DNA of 64,000 nt from Sphingomonadales bacterium (GCA_016707885.1 JADJGU010000006.1:43417-107416), one strand, 5' to 3'. Positions 51,625-62,138 are shown, counted from the first letter of the stretch. Numbers and translations are program-made. The notes: generated by a model from the letters alone, not told the origin.

Positions 51625-52551
51625 TTACGCGCCGACGGCAGCAGCCACTTCAGCGGCGAAGTCAGAGACTTCCTTTTCGATACCTTCGCCCAGCTGGTAA
51701 CGGACATAGTCGACCAGCTTGATGTCCTTGCCAGCGGCCTTGCCGACCTGAGCAACAACTTCCGAAATCGGCGTCTTGTTGTCGATAACGAACAGCTGCG
51801 ACAGAAGCGCGTTTTCCTTGGCGAACTTCTTCATTGCGCCTTCGACCATCTTTTCAACGATCTCGGCGGGCTTGCCGCTTTCAGCAGCCTTTTCGCGGGC
51901 GATAGCCGCTTCGCGGTCCAGCGTGTCCTGATCGAGGCCGGTTTCGTCGAGCGCCAGCGGGAAAGCGGCTGCAATGTGCATCGCCAACTGCTTGCCAAGG
52001 CCGTCGAGCGTTGCTGCATCGGCTTCGCTTTCAAGGGCGACGAGAACGCCGATACCGCCCATGCCAGCCGTGGCGGCATTGTGGACGTAAGAAACGACGC
52101 GGCCTTGCGAAACCGAGACGGTTTTTGCGCGGCGGATGACCTGGTTTTCACCGATGGTCGCGATGTTGTTGGTCAGAACTTCCTGAACAGTGCCGCCGTC
52201 GGGATAGGCAGCGGCAAGGATGGTTTCGGCATCATTCGCGCCAAGACCCAGCGCAACGCCGGTGGTCTTGCGGACGAAATCCTGAAACTGTTCGTTCTTG
52301 GCAACAAAGTCGGTCTGGCTGTTCACTTCAACAGCGGTGCCCTTTGTGCCATCGACAGCAACGCCGACAAGGCCTTCAGCAGCCGTGCGGCTGGATTTCT
52401 TGGCGGCAGTTGCCAAGCCCTTGGCGCGCAGCAGGTCAACGGCGGCGTTCATATCGCCAGCGGTTTCTTCCAATGCCTTTTTGGCGTCCATCATGCCGGC
52501 GCCTGACAGTTCGCGCAGCTCCTTTACGGCAGCAGCAGTAATTGCAGACAT
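51625..52551 (-). CDS. tsf: translation elongation factor Ts
   Basis: [29 protein letters not shown]-like N-terminus and the EF-Ts core. Confidence 0.95.
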   Translation of the reverse strand: MSAITAAAVKELRELSGAGMMDAKKALEETAGDMNAAVDLLRAKGLATAAKKSSRTAAEGLVGVAVDGTKGTAVEVNSQTDFVAKNEQFQDFVRKTTGVALGLGANDAETILAAAYPDGGTVQEVLTNNIATIGENQVIRRAKTVSVSQGRVVSYVHNAATAGMGGIGVLVALESEADAATLDGLGKQLAMHIAAAFPLALDETGLDQDTLDREAAIAREKAAESGKPAEIVEKMVEGAMKKFAKENALLSQLFVIDNKTPISEVVAQVGKAAGKDIKLVDYVRYQLGEGIEKEVSDFAAEVAAAVGA

Positions 52552-52604
52552 TTTTGTGTCCTTTCGAATGGTTTGCAGTGGCATCGCTAGCCACCATTTT
52601 TGTC

Positions 52605-52689
52605 ATTCCCGCGAAAGCGGGAATCAATGGCCTGAAACCAAGGTTTAAACCGGCAAGTCAGGCCATGGACCCCCGATCAAGTCGGGGGT
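52605..52689. repeat. REP/MITE-like triple-hairpin intergenic element
   Basis: ATTCCCGC-gaaa-GCGGGAAT, then TGGCCTGA...TCAGGCCA with a nested AAACC/GGTTT pairing, then ACCCCCGA-tcaag-TCGGGGGT. All three sit between rpsB and tsf. Confidence 0.4.
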
Positions 52690-52702
52690 GACACGGTTTC
52701 GG

Positions 52703-53518
52703 TTAGGCCTGAGCTTCGGGTGTTTCAGCCGCAGCTTCGACAGCCGCTACTTCCTCAGCCGCGACTTCGACGACCGCAGCTTCAACCGGCGGCTCTACCA
52801 TCGCGCCAAGATCTTCACCGCGTGCCACAGCAGCGCCGGTGTTGCCCTTGCTCGATGCGGTAGCAATCGCTTCGCAATAGAGACGGATTGCGCGGGCAGC
52901 ATCGTCATTCGCCGGAACCGGGAATGCGATACCATCAGGCGAAACGTTTGAATCGAGGATCGCGATCACGGGGATACCGAGAACATTGGCTTCCTTGATC
53001 GCCAGCTCTTCCTTGTTAGCGTCGATCACGAACATCACGTCCGGAATGCCACCCATGTCGCGGATGCCACCGAGCGAAAGCTCAAGCTTGTCGCGCTCGC
53101 GGGTCATCTGGAGGATTTCCTTCTTGGTGAAACCAGACGTATCACCCGAAAGCTGTTCCTCAAGCGTCTTAAGCTTCTTGATCGAGTTCGAAACGGTTTT
53201 CCAGTTGGTAAGCATGCCGCCCAGCCAACGGTGGTTGACGAAATGCTGGCCCGAAGCGCGAGCTGCGTCCGCAATCGGACCCTGCGCCTGGCGCTTGGTG
53301 CCAACGAACAGCACCTTGCCGCCGGCCTGCACGGTCGACGAAACAAAGTCGAGCGCACGCGCAAAAAGCGGAACGGTCTGCGACAGGTCAAGGATGTGAA
53401 CGCCATTGCGTGCGCCGAAAATATACGGCTTCATGCGCGGGTTCCAGCGATGGGTCTGGTGGCCGAAATGTGCTCCGGCCTCAAGCAATTGGTGCATGGT
53501 GACGACAGGTGCCGCCAT
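52703..53518 (-). CDS. rpsB: 30S ribosomal protein S2
   Basis: [22 protein letters not shown]..., with a C-terminal acidic/Ala-rich tail. Start placed at the ATG at 53518. Confidence 0.95.
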   Translation of the reverse strand: MAAPVVTMHQLLEAGAHFGHQTHRWNPRMKPYIFGARNGVHILDLSQTVPLFARALDFVSSTVQAGGKVLFVGTKRQAQGPIADAARASGQHFVNHRWLGGMLTNWKTVSNSIKKLKTLEEQLSGDTSGFTKKEILQMTRERDKLELSLGGIRDMGGIPDVMFVIDANKEELAIKEANVLGIPVIAILDSNVSPDGIAFPVPANDDAARAIRLYCEAIATASSKGNTGAAVARGEDLGAMVEPPVEAAVVEVAAEEVAAVEAAAETPEAQA

Positions 53519-53731
53519 AGTCTTTCTCCTTCCGGTTGAACCTCTGGAAAGCAAGAACCAAGGCCGCAAACTGGTTACGGCAAAGGCACCGGTGATGTGC
53601 GCTTTCCATGTGGAATGGGCGGGCCGTTAGCTTGCACCGGAAGATTCGTCAAGAGGTTGGAAGCTATTGGCCAGCGGTACAACCGTCAACGCGTGGTGAT
53701 GCAGCGGAAAAAAAGGCAATCCACGACAGCA

Positions 53732-54673
53732 TTATGGTGCCTTTGACGCACCGAAATCATGGACAAAAAGACCAGTTTTGCGGCTGTCAAACTGCGCCTG
53801 TAATGTGCACGACTTCGCTTTAAATTTTTTGCAGCCGGCTTGGGCTGCTTCCTTCGCGCGCTTGGACGAATTTTCGGTGGTTGCGTTATGGTTTCCGTCG
53901 AAGCGATACGCTTGGACAAACCCATTTCCGGTCAACGTATTAATTTCACAGGGACGCGAAGTTGCGTCGACGCAGGCCTTGATCGCCGCTGCCGTCGCTT
54001 CATCGGCATTGCGGTAACCGCTCGCGACATAAAGCTTGTCGTTATATCCGACATCACCCTTAACCCACGCAGAGGCAGCGAAATATTTGCGTACGGACGC
54101 CCCCGGTGAACGGCTGCCGGTGCTTGACTTGATCTTTGCGAACACTTCACACGGCAGCAACTGCTTGGCCGAACATTCATCTAGCAACTTTTTACTTCCC
54201 TCACGCTCCCATGCATTGATGAAATATCCCTCATGATCTCGGATGATCGTTATTGAGGAATTCCACCACTTGTCACCTCTTGTACAGCCTCCGCCCATCA
54301 CCTTGTTGCAAGCATTAATAGCAACATTTTCTCCGACATTGTCCTTGTAGACATAATTGCCAGCCACCCAGACATCTGCAGCATTAGGATGCCAGACCAG
54401 CACCGCATGTGATTCGTTCGGAGTTGGATCCGCAGCAGGAGAATCGGTGTTTTCACGTCCATCAGAAGCACAGATGGGTATGGCAGCAACACCGTGCGAA
54501 CCGCCCGTTATCCCAACCTGCACTTCGCCCGGACCGGGACCGTTCGGACACACAAAAGTTTGTGCTGAGACTGCCATAGGCCAGAACAAAAACGAAGCAA
54601 GAAGGCCAAACAAGCCGAACCGAAACACTGCTGCATATCTACTCCCACTTCCAATATGAGCGATCCAGAACAT
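53732..54673 (-). CDS. secreted Cys-rich protein, probably two DUF4189-like domains
   Basis: Signal peptide (...FWPMAVSAQ). There are two segments with paired cysteines in an A-x3-A-x2-[AK]-C...C pattern (NVGENVAINACNKVMGGGC; ADEATAAAIKACVDATSRPC). The region is low in GC. Confidence 0.55.
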   Translation of the reverse strand: MFWIAHIGSGSRYAAVFRFGLFGLLASFLFWPMAVSAQTFVCPNGPGPGEVQVGITGGSHGVAAIPICASDGRENTDSPAADPTPNESHAVLVWHPNAADVWVAGNYVYKDNVGENVAINACNKVMGGGCTRGDKWWNSSITIIRDHEGYFINAWEREGSKKLLDECSAKQLLPCEVFAKIKSSTGSRSPGASVRKYFAASAWVKGDVGYNDKLYVASGYRNADEATAAAIKACVDATSRPCEINTLTGNGFVQAYRFDGNHNATTENSSKRAKEAAQAGCKKFKAKSCTLQAQFDSRKTGLFVHDFGASKAP

Positions 54674-54950
54674 AGGTAGCAGCTCCTCTTAGCGCGTCTC
54701 CGAAGGCGTTCCCTCGTTCATTTGCGCCATAGCGTTGTTGGCAACGTACGGAATCCAAGTAGTTCCGGCGTAAGACTTTATCTCACATGTGATGAAGAAG
54801 TTTAAAGGCCTAAGATGTATTAGTAGCATAAAACACTATGCCACTAACGCGGGTCGCATATGTATCGTCTCGGCATGCGCGACTTGCAAAGCCGTGAAGG
54901 AAATATACTGTCCGGAAAAAGCCACATTAAGTGGTTAGAGGAGAGGAATA

Positions 54951-56569
54951 ATGATCTGGCATTTCGCGGATGTGTTTGACACGATCGCATCGCTGGTTCC
55001 CGAACAGGTCGCATTGATCAACGGGGATACCCATCGAAGCTGGCGCGACTATGAGGATCGGTCTGCGCGGCTTGCCGATGCGCTTGTGGCGGCGGGACTG
55101 AAACCTGGCGCCAAGACAGCAATTTATGCGCATAATTCGAACGCCTATCTCGAAGCGCAATATGCATCTTTCAAGGCGCGCACCGTGCCGATCAATGTCA
55201 ATTATCGCTATGTTGAACATGAACTGACCTATTTGTTCGATAATGGAGACGTCGAAGCCGTATTTTTCGATGCCAAGTTCGCACCGAGGCTGGCAGCAAT
55301 CCGTGACCAGTTGCCCAAGCTAAAACTGTTTGTGCAGATCTACGACGGGTCGAGCGAAACCCTCTCCGGTGCGCAAGATTTTGAGGCACTGATTGCGGCC
55401 AATGCGCCCCTGCCCCGTCTCGATTACAGCGAAGGCGACATTTACATGATTTACACCGGTGGCACGACCGGCATGCCTAAAGGGGTGATGTATCGCCACG
55501 GCGACCTGAGTGCCGGGATCGCATCAGCGCTACTGGGTCCGGAAGTGGTTGAGCCATCGCCCGAAATGTTGGTCGCCGTGGTTCAAGCCCTGAAAGCGGC
55601 TGGCGCTGCCCCATCTCTTTGCCTGCCTGTCCTTTGATGCACGGTACCGGAATGTGGATCGGCGCATTTTTCGCGCATTTTGCAGGCGGCGCGGTCGCAA
55701 CAACCAGCGATGAAAAATTCGACCCGAATGCGATCTGGGCCTTTATCGAACGGGAGCGGGTCAATGCCGTAGCCATTGTCGGCGATGCCTTTGCCAAGCC
55801 GATGCTCGCGGCACTGCGCGAGGCCGAGGCGCGGGGGCAGCATTACGACCTGACCTCGCTCAAGGTAATCGGTTCATCCGGAGTTATGTTCTCCAGCGAA
55901 GTGAAGCGCGGCTTGCTCGAATATGTCGATGTAGAGATACGCGATTCGATAGGATCGACCGAAGGTGCCATGGGTGGATCGGTGGTTTCGCGTTCGCTAC
56001 CCCCGGTCGATACCGCAAAATTTGCCTTCAATCCGACGACCAAAGTCTTCAACGACCGGGATGAGGAAATACAGCCCGGGTCCGATGAAATCGGCATGAT
56101 CGCCAATGGTGGCGTCGTACCGGTCGGATATTACAAAGACCCCGAGAAAAGCGCCAAGACCTTCCGTTCAATTGCGGGGGTTCGCTATTCCTTCCCGGGC
56201 GACTTTGCGCAGGTAACTGCCGACGGCACACTCATCCTGCTCGGTCGCGGCTCGGTCTGCATCAACACCGGCGGCGAAAAAGTGTTTCCGGAAGAGGTTG
56301 AGGAAGCACTGAAGGCACATGACGACATTTGGGACGCGCTGGTCGTGGGCGTACCGGACGAACGCTTTGGCGAGCGCGTGGTTGCTGTCTTGTCTGCCAA
56401 AGAAGGCGCATCCGTAAACGAGGCAGCGCTTCTGGATTTTGCTCGCACCCGGCTCGCAGGCTATAAAATGCCACGCCAGCTTATCTTTGTCGAAACGGTT
56501 CAGCGCGCCGCCAATGGCAAGGCCGACTATAAATGGGCAAAAGAGGTTGCACTTGGAAACAGTGCCTAG
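54951..56569 (+). pseudogene. acyl-CoA synthetase (AMP-dependent ligase) split by a frameshift near 55.61 kb
   Basis: ORF 54951..55637 carries the AMP-binding motif YTGGTTGMPKGVMYRH. ORF 55619..56569, in the -1 frame, continues with PLMHGTG and ends with the C-terminal domain and GYKMPR. Together they make one protein of about 540 aa. Confidence 0.7.
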
Positions 56570-56706
56570 CTGGCTGGCAAGCAACGTTTTAGTACAATTT
56601 GATAAACTGTATCGACGCCCTGTTCGCGAGAGTTAATCTGGCGTTCAGGGCGAAAGGCTGAATTCGTGACTGCGACCATATCCAATCGGCTCGCCAGAAA
56701 GCTCTT

Positions 56707-57123
56707 GTGATCCGGAAAATATACGCCTTGCCGATATTGATGCCGCTTCTGGTGCTGGGTTCGGCGGTCAAGGCGGACGATTTGCCGCAAGGAAGCGCGT
56801 CTGCACTACCTGAAAAGATTTCATTCCTTGTCGCGTTCGGCGAAGAAAAATGCCCCGAAGCTACCGACCCTGAAGAAATCGTCGTTTGCGCAACCGCCCC
56901 TGAAGGCGATCGGTATCGCATTCCCAAGGATCTGCGCAAAGGCGAGGAAGAGGCAACTGCCAGCCAATCCTGGACATCTGCCGTCGAAAGCCTTGATGAA
57001 TCCGCACGCGTGATGCGGCCGAATAGCTGCTCCGTTGTCGGTACAGGCGGATTCACCGGCTGCACCCAAGCGCTGCTGCGCGAATGGTTCGCCTCCCGAC
57101 GCGGGAAAATTGGCGCGAACTGA
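56707..57123 (+). CDS. hypothetical secreted protein (138 aa)
   Basis: GTG start and a clear signal peptide (IYALPILMPLLVLGSAVKA). Codon bias is host-like. I prefer it over the overlapping antisense 224-aa ORF. Confidence 0.5.
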   Translation: MIRKIYALPILMPLLVLGSAVKADDLPQGSASALPEKISFLVAFGEEKCPEATDPEEIVVCATAPEGDRYRIPKDLRKGEEEATASQSWTSAVESLDESARVMRPNSCSVVGTGGFTGCTQALLREWFASRRGKIGAN

Positions 57124-57129
57124 TCTGGT

Positions 57130-58542
57130 TTATTTGTCAGCGTATATTCGCACCAGCCGGTGCAGATAATCGCGGCCGTCATAGACCGATTTGACCCGCA
57201 ACCGTTCATTAAGTCCGTGCACGCCGCCGCCATCGGCTTCGTAGAAAATTCCCGGAATGCCATAGGTCGGAATGCCGATCAGTGCGGTCATCGTTGCATC
57301 GGTTGCACCGGTCGACATTGTCGGCACGAGCGGAATTCCTGGAAAAACCTCGCCGGCCAGCTTGATAGCCGGATCAAGAATGCGCTTATCGAGCGGCGGT
57401 GGCACCGCCATCGGGCGGTGCGGCTTGCGCAGGCTTACCTTTACTTGCGGGTTGGCGACGGCCTTCTCGATCGCACTTTGCGCGTCTTCAGTACTCATGC
57501 CTGGTACGATGCGGCAATTGACCACGCCCTTTGCACGTTGCGGAAGTGCATTAGGCGCGTGGCCGGCATCTAACATCGTAGCCACACATGTCGTGCGCAA
57601 GGTGGAATTCAGAACAGGGTCGGCTGAAAGGACTGCGGCCGCCTGTACATTGCCTTCGTCAGCAAGCAGGTCTGCAATCGCCTTTTGCCCGGCAGCGGGT
57701 GCCGTCGGTGCCATCTGCGTCAGAAACGCCCGCGTCGTGTCGTTTAATTGCACAGGAAATCCTAGCCGCTTTACCGCCACAATGGCTTCGGCCAGATCGT
57801 AGATCGCATTGTCGGGACGCGGGACAGAGCTGTGTCCGCCCGGGTTTGTTGCTTCCAGATCGAATATCCGGTTCGCCTTTTCACCGACTTGGATTGCCAG
57901 AAATTGCGGTTTGCCATTCTTGTCGAGCCGACCGCCACCGCCTTCATTCAATGCAAATTCGGCAGACATTGTTTCAGGCATGTTGCGCGCCAGCCATTCT
58001 GCGCCATTCAATGCTTTGCTCGAACTTTCCTCACCACAGGTTGCCGCCAGCTTGATCGTGCGCTTGGGTTTATAACCTTCCTTTTTGAACCGGATCAGGC
58101 TGTCGACCCAGATCGCGGCCTGCACCTTGTCATCGGCAACCCCGCGCGCATAGAAAAACCCGTCCTCCTCGACCAGTGTGAACGGATCGCGCGTCCAGTC
58201 TTCGCGCTTGGCTTCGACAACGTCGATATGCGCCAGCAGCAGCATGGGCTTCAACGTCTTTGACGTTCCCTTATACTCAGCAACCAGACTGCCCTCACGT
58301 TCAAAACCCGGGACAACAATCACCCTGGCTTCGCCTTTGGTGAACCCGGCATCGTGCATGCGCTTGGCCAGTTGATTGGCTGCGATGGTGCAACTTCCAT
58401 TTGAGTAAGCGGTGTTGGTGTTGACCAGTTCGGCATATAGCTCACGGAACGCCGACTGGTCCGGGCGCAACTGCTGCGCCGGGGCCGCGTCGACAACCAT
58501 TGCCATCAAACTGGCCGCCAGCATCCATTTTGAAACGCCCAT
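57130..58542 (-). CDS. M20/M25/M40-family metallopeptidase
   Basis: Signal peptide, with LLLAHIDVV, ARGVADDK, and the EE in ATCGEESSS matching M20 metal-ligand positions. Confidence 0.85.
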   Translation of the reverse strand: MGVSKWMLAASLMAMVVDAAPAQQLRPDQSAFRELYAELVNTNTAYSNGSCTIAANQLAKRMHDAGFTKGEARVIVVPGFEREGSLVAEYKGTSKTLKPMLLLAHIDVVEAKREDWTRDPFTLVEEDGFFYARGVADDKVQAAIWVDSLIRFKKEGYKPKRTIKLAATCGEESSSKALNGAEWLARNMPETMSAEFALNEGGGGRLDKNGKPQFLAIQVGEKANRIFDLEATNPGGHSSVPRPDNAIYDLAEAIVAVKRLGFPVQLNDTTRAFLTQMAPTAPAAGQKAIADLLADEGNVQAAAVLSADPVLNSTLRTTCVATMLDAGHAPNALPQRAKGVVNCRIVPGMSTEDAQSAIEKAVANPQVKVSLRKPHRPMAVPPPLDKRILDPAIKLAGEVFPGIPLVPTMSTGATDATMTALIGIPTYGIPGIFYEADGGGVHGLNERLRVKSVYDGRDYLHRLVRIYADK

Positions 58543-58666
58543 CTGTCCCTCCTGTTCCGTCTGTGCAGACGCAGGCTATCTGCCATCACCGCCCAGTTCA
58601 ACCAGTGAAACACTAAGCTGCGTGCTTAACAATTAGAGCCATTCAATATTAAGAGTTGACACAAAA

Positions 58667-58681
58667 GAACATTTGTAGAAC
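58667..58681 (+). promoter_or_regulatory. candidate alphaproteobacterial LexA (SOS) box GAAC-N7-GAAC
   Basis: GAACATTTGTAGAAC lies 5 nt downstream of a TTGACA hexamer (58656..58661) and 34 nt upstream of the ATG at 58715. Confidence 0.45.
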
Positions 58682-58714
58682 ATAGATGGAATACCAAGAG
58701 ATTCGGAGGTTCAA

Positions 58715-58966
58715 ATGTCATTCATCGCCGCAACCCTGTTTTCTGCCGCTTTCCTGTTGTCGGCCTATGCCATCCTCCTGACGCTGGCGCAAAAATGGGA
58801 TCGTATCGAGCAGGTGGCGGCGATGCAGGGCTCCCCGGTTGAACGCATCATCCATCTAGGTGCCGTTCGCTACACCGGTCAGCGTCTGCGTCTTGTTGTT
58901 GTCAACGAACTGGAGCCTCAGCCTGAGCAACAGGCTTTCGCTTTTGGGCGCCTGCGCGCGGCTTAA
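58715..58966 (+). CDS. small membrane protein (83 aa), hypothetical
   Basis: GGAGG lies 5 nt upstream of the ATG. There is an N-terminal TM helix (FIAATLFSAAFLLSAYAILLTL), and a strong terminator follows the gene. Confidence 0.55.
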   Translation: MSFIAATLFSAAFLLSAYAILLTLAQKWDRIEQVAAMQGSPVERIIHLGAVRYTGQRLRLVVVNELEPQPEQQAFAFGRLRAA

Positions 58967-58991
58967 TCCCCCCCATATCCCCTAAGCAACA

Positions 58992-59031
58992 GGCCCTGCT
59001 GCATTTGAATTGCAGCAGGGCCCTTTTGTTT
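58992..59031 (+). terminator. intrinsic terminator
   Basis: GGCCCTGCTGCA-tttgaat-TGCAGCAGGGCC, a 12-bp perfect stem, followed by CTTTTGTTT. Confidence 0.65.
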
Positions 59032-59051
59032 GGACGTCAGTTTCAGACAAC

Positions 59052-59079
59052 AAAAAAGGCGAAACCCAAAGGTTCCGCC
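59052..59079 (-). terminator. intrinsic terminator after hup
   Basis: The minus strand reads GGCGGAACC-tttg-GGTTTCGCC (9 bp with one G-U pair) followed by TTTTTTG. Confidence 0.6.
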
Positions 59080-59107
59080 TTCCTTGTTTCGCGAATGCGC
59101 GTGAAAC

Positions 59108-59380
59108 TTAGTTCACGGCATCCTTGAGTGCCTTGCCAGCCTTGAACTTGGGCTGGTTCGAAGCAGGGATCTTCATCTCTTCACCGGTGCGCGGGTTGCG
59201 ACCGGTCGAAGCCTTGCGCTTGGCGACAGCAAAGGTGCCGAAGCCAACGAGGCGAACTTCACCACCCTTTTTGAGCGCCTTGGTGATGGCGTCAAAGGTA
59301 GCTTCCACTGCCTTGCCTGCATCGGTTTTGCTGAGGCCGCTTGCGTCTGCAACGGCTGCGACGAGATCATTCTTGTTCAT
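59108..59380 (-). CDS. hup: HU-family DNA-binding protein
   Basis: MNKNDLVAAVADASGLSKTDAGKAVEA...RNPRTGEEMKIPASNQPKFKAGKALKDAV. Confidence 0.95.
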   Translation of the reverse strand: MNKNDLVAAVADASGLSKTDAGKAVEATFDAITKALKKGGEVRLVGFGTFAVAKRKASTGRNPRTGEEMKIPASNQPKFKAGKALKDAVN

Positions 59381-59664
59381 AGTATCGGGATCCCCCTCTC
59401 AAGTGAATATTCTAGACCAATTCCGGATGTGGAATCGCGGCTGGGCCGGAGCGGGAATAAGGAGCAGAAAGCGACCACTGTCAAAGGAAAAATCGGCCAG
59501 AAACCGCGCTTTTCGGCGAATTGATGGATAATCTGTCGATAACTGCGTCAAATCGAATGTAACTGGCGGTAACCGAAGCAAAAATACCGCCGAAAACGCC
59601 ACAGGACGCCAAGTCAAATGACGCCGCGCCCTGTGCTGTACCGCCAATTTGGCAGGCGATATTA

Positions 59665-62064
59665 TCAGTGTGTGACCGTCGCCCCTGCCGCAGGTGCGGC
59701 TGCGGGTGGTTGCAAGGCTGCCAGCTCGTCGGCTTCGGTCCACTCAACCGGCACTAACGGAGCAACAAGTGCCCGCGCCAAAACCTGATCAACATGCGTT
59801 ACCGGGATGATCTCTAGCCCTTCTTTGATGTTGGCAGGTATTTCGGCCAAATCCTTTTCATTTTCCTGCGGGATCAGCACGGTCTTGATGCCGCCGCGCA
59901 AAGCAGCCAGCAGTTTTTCCTTCAGGCCGCCAATCGGCAGCACACGTCCACGCAGCGTAACCTCTCCGGTCATCGCGACATCGCGGTGCACGGCAATGCC
60001 GGTCAATGTCGACACGATAGCGGTCACCATGCCAATGCCAGCCGATGGACCATCCTTGGGAACCGCCCCTTCGGGCAAGTGGATATGCACATCCTTGCGG
60101 TTGAAGATCGACGGCTTGATGCCATAGCTGGGCGCACGCGCCTTCACATAAGATAGAGCCGCCTGGATCGACTCACTCATCACTTCGCCCAGCTTACCGG
60201 TCGTCTTGATCTGGCCCTTGCCGCCAACGGTAACCGCTTCGATAGTGAGCAGTTCGCCGCCAACTTCGGTCCAGGCAAGCCCGGTTACAGCACCAATCTG
60301 GTTTTCATCTTCGCCAATGCCGTGGCGATATTTGCGTACGCCAGAGAATTCGGCGAGATTTTCCGGTGTCACCGAAACGCTCTTCGCCTTGCCTTCCAAT
60401 ATACGACGCAGCGCCTTGCGGGCCAATTTGGCTATTTCGCGCTCCAATGTCCGAACGCCCGCCTCCCGCGTGTAATAGCGTATCAGGTCGCGCAGCGCAT
60501 CATCGCTGACGTCAAATTCGCCCTTCTTGAGGCCATGCGCGCTAACCTGCTTTTCAACCAGATGACGTTTGGCAATTTCAAGCTTCTCGTCTTCGGTGTA
60601 ACCTTCGAGCCGGATGATCTCCATGCGGTCGAGCAAAGGCTGCGGCAGGTTCATGCTGTTCGCAGTGGTCACGAACATCACGTCCGATAGGTCGAGATCG
60701 ATTTCGAGATAGTGATCGTTGAACTTGTTGTTCTGTTCGGGGTCGAGCACCTCGAGCAGTGCCGACGCCGGATCGCCGCGGAAATCCTGGCCGAGCTTGT
60801 CAATCTCGTCGAGCAGGAACAGCGGGTTCATCGTCCCGGCTTTTTTCAGGTTGGACGCAATCTTGCCGGGCATTGAACCGATATAAGTCCGCCGGTGCCC
60901 GCGGATTTCGGCTTCATCACGAACCCCACCCAGCGACTGACGGATGAATTCGCGCCCGGTCGCCTTTGCAATCGACTTGCCAAGCGAGGTCTTGCCCACA
61001 CCGGGAGGGCCTACGAGACAGAGGATCGGCCCCTTCAACTTGTTGGTGCGTGCCTGTACGGCCAGATATTCGATAATCCGGTCTTTGACCTTTTCGAGAG
61101 CGAAATGGTCTGCATCCAGAATATCCTGCGCCTTGGCGATATCGCGCTTCAGTTTGGAACGTTTGCCCCATGGCACGCCGAGCAATGCGTCGAGATAGTT
61201 GCGCACAACGGTCGCCTCAGCCGACATAGGCGCCATGCTGCGCAGCTTCTTCATTTCCGCTTGCGCTTTGGCCTTGGCCTCCTTCGAAAGCTTCAGCGTA
61301 TCTATCTTGGTCTGCAGTTCTGCGAGCTCGTCGCCGCCTTCTTCATCGCCATTGCCCAGCTCACGCTGGATCGCTTTCAACTGCTCATTCAGATAATATT
61401 CGCGCTGCGACTTCTCCATCTGGCGCTTCACGCGGCCGCGAATTTTCTTTTCAACCTGCAGAACGCCCAGTTCACCTTCCATGAAGGCAAACGCCATTTC
61501 GAGGCGCTTGAGCGGGTCGGCTTCAACCAGCAGCGACTGCTTGTCGGAAACCTTCAGGTTGATGTTGGCCGCAACGGCATCCGCCAATTGCGCAGCATCG
61601 TTGATTTCAGCCAATTGCACCGCCGTTTCCGCCGGCATCTTCTTGTTGAGCTTAGAATATTGCTCAAACTGCTCGATCACCGAGCGCATCAAGGCTGTTG
61701 TTTCCGGGCCTTCGCTCGCTGCGTCGGCCATGGCCTCTACTTCGGCTTCGACATAGTCGGCGGCGCGATTGTGCAAGCGCAGCAAGCTCGCGCGCTGTTT
61801 TCCCTCGACCAGCACCCGGACTGTGCCGTCGGGTAATTTGAGCAACTGCATAATCGTCGCGGTTACGCCGACGGTGTAGAGATCATCATAATCAGGATCG
61901 TCTTCAGCCGGATCGAGCTGGGCGACGAGGAAAATCTCCTTGTCCGCCGCCATCGCTTTTTCAAGCGCAACGACCGATTTGTCGCGACCGACAAACAGCG
62001 GCACGACCATTCCGGGGAAAACAACAATGTCGCGCAAGGGCAAAAGGGGCAAAGATATAGTCAT
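59665..62064 (-). CDS. lon: ATP-dependent Lon protease
   Basis: [24 protein letters not shown]-domain, Walker [10 protein letters not shown], and the protease motif PKDGPSAGI. Start placed at the ATG at 62064. Confidence 0.95.
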   Translation of the reverse strand: MTISLPLLPLRDIVVFPGMVVPLFVGRDKSVVALEKAMAADKEIFLVAQLDPAEDDPDYDDLYTVGVTATIMQLLKLPDGTVRVLVEGKQRASLLRLHNRAADYVEAEVEAMADAASEGPETTALMRSVIEQFEQYSKLNKKMPAETAVQLAEINDAAQLADAVAANINLKVSDKQSLLVEADPLKRLEMAFAFMEGELGVLQVEKKIRGRVKRQMEKSQREYYLNEQLKAIQRELGNGDEEGGDELAELQTKIDTLKLSKEAKAKAQAEMKKLRSMAPMSAEATVVRNYLDALLGVPWGKRSKLKRDIAKAQDILDADHFALEKVKDRIIEYLAVQARTNKLKGPILCLVGPPGVGKTSLGKSIAKATGREFIRQSLGGVRDEAEIRGHRRTYIGSMPGKIASNLKKAGTMNPLFLLDEIDKLGQDFRGDPASALLEVLDPEQNNKFNDHYLEIDLDLSDVMFVTTANSMNLPQPLLDRMEIIRLEGYTEDEKLEIAKRHLVEKQVSAHGLKKGEFDVSDDALRDLIRYYTREAGVRTLEREIAKLARKALRRILEGKAKSVSVTPENLAEFSGVRKYRHGIGEDENQIGAVTGLAWTEVGGELLTIEAVTVGGKGQIKTTGKLGEVMSESIQAALSYVKARAPSYGIKPSIFNRKDVHIHLPEGAVPKDGPSAGIGMVTAIVSTLTGIAVHRDVAMTGEVTLRGRVLPIGGLKEKLLAALRGGIKTVLIPQENEKDLAEIPANIKEGLEIIPVTHVDQVLARALVAPLVPVEWTEADELAALQPPAAAPAAGATVTH

Positions 62065-62108
62065 AGACACTCCGACCACACCGAAATGCGGCGCGGTAAC
62101 TTGCTCTC

Positions 62109-62138
62109 AATATGAGCCGGATTTTGCGTCTTTCAACA
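62109..62138 (-). promoter_or_regulatory. candidate sigma32 (RpoH) heat-shock promoter for lon
   Basis: The minus strand reads CTGTTGAAA-(14 nt)-CTCATATT, compared with the CTTGAAA ... CCCCATNT consensus. It ends about 45 nt upstream of the lon ATG. Confidence 0.4.

Noticed and set aside
56589-57263. 224-aa minus-strand ORF overlapping the 138-aa plus-strand gene
   Set aside because: The plus-strand product has a clean signal peptide and host-like third-position bias. The minus-strand ORF also runs into the 3' end of the M20 peptidase gene, and its translation is Ser/Arg-rich.
60895-61836. 313-aa ORF antisense to lon
   Set aside because: A shadow ORF opposite a strongly supported Lon protease gene.
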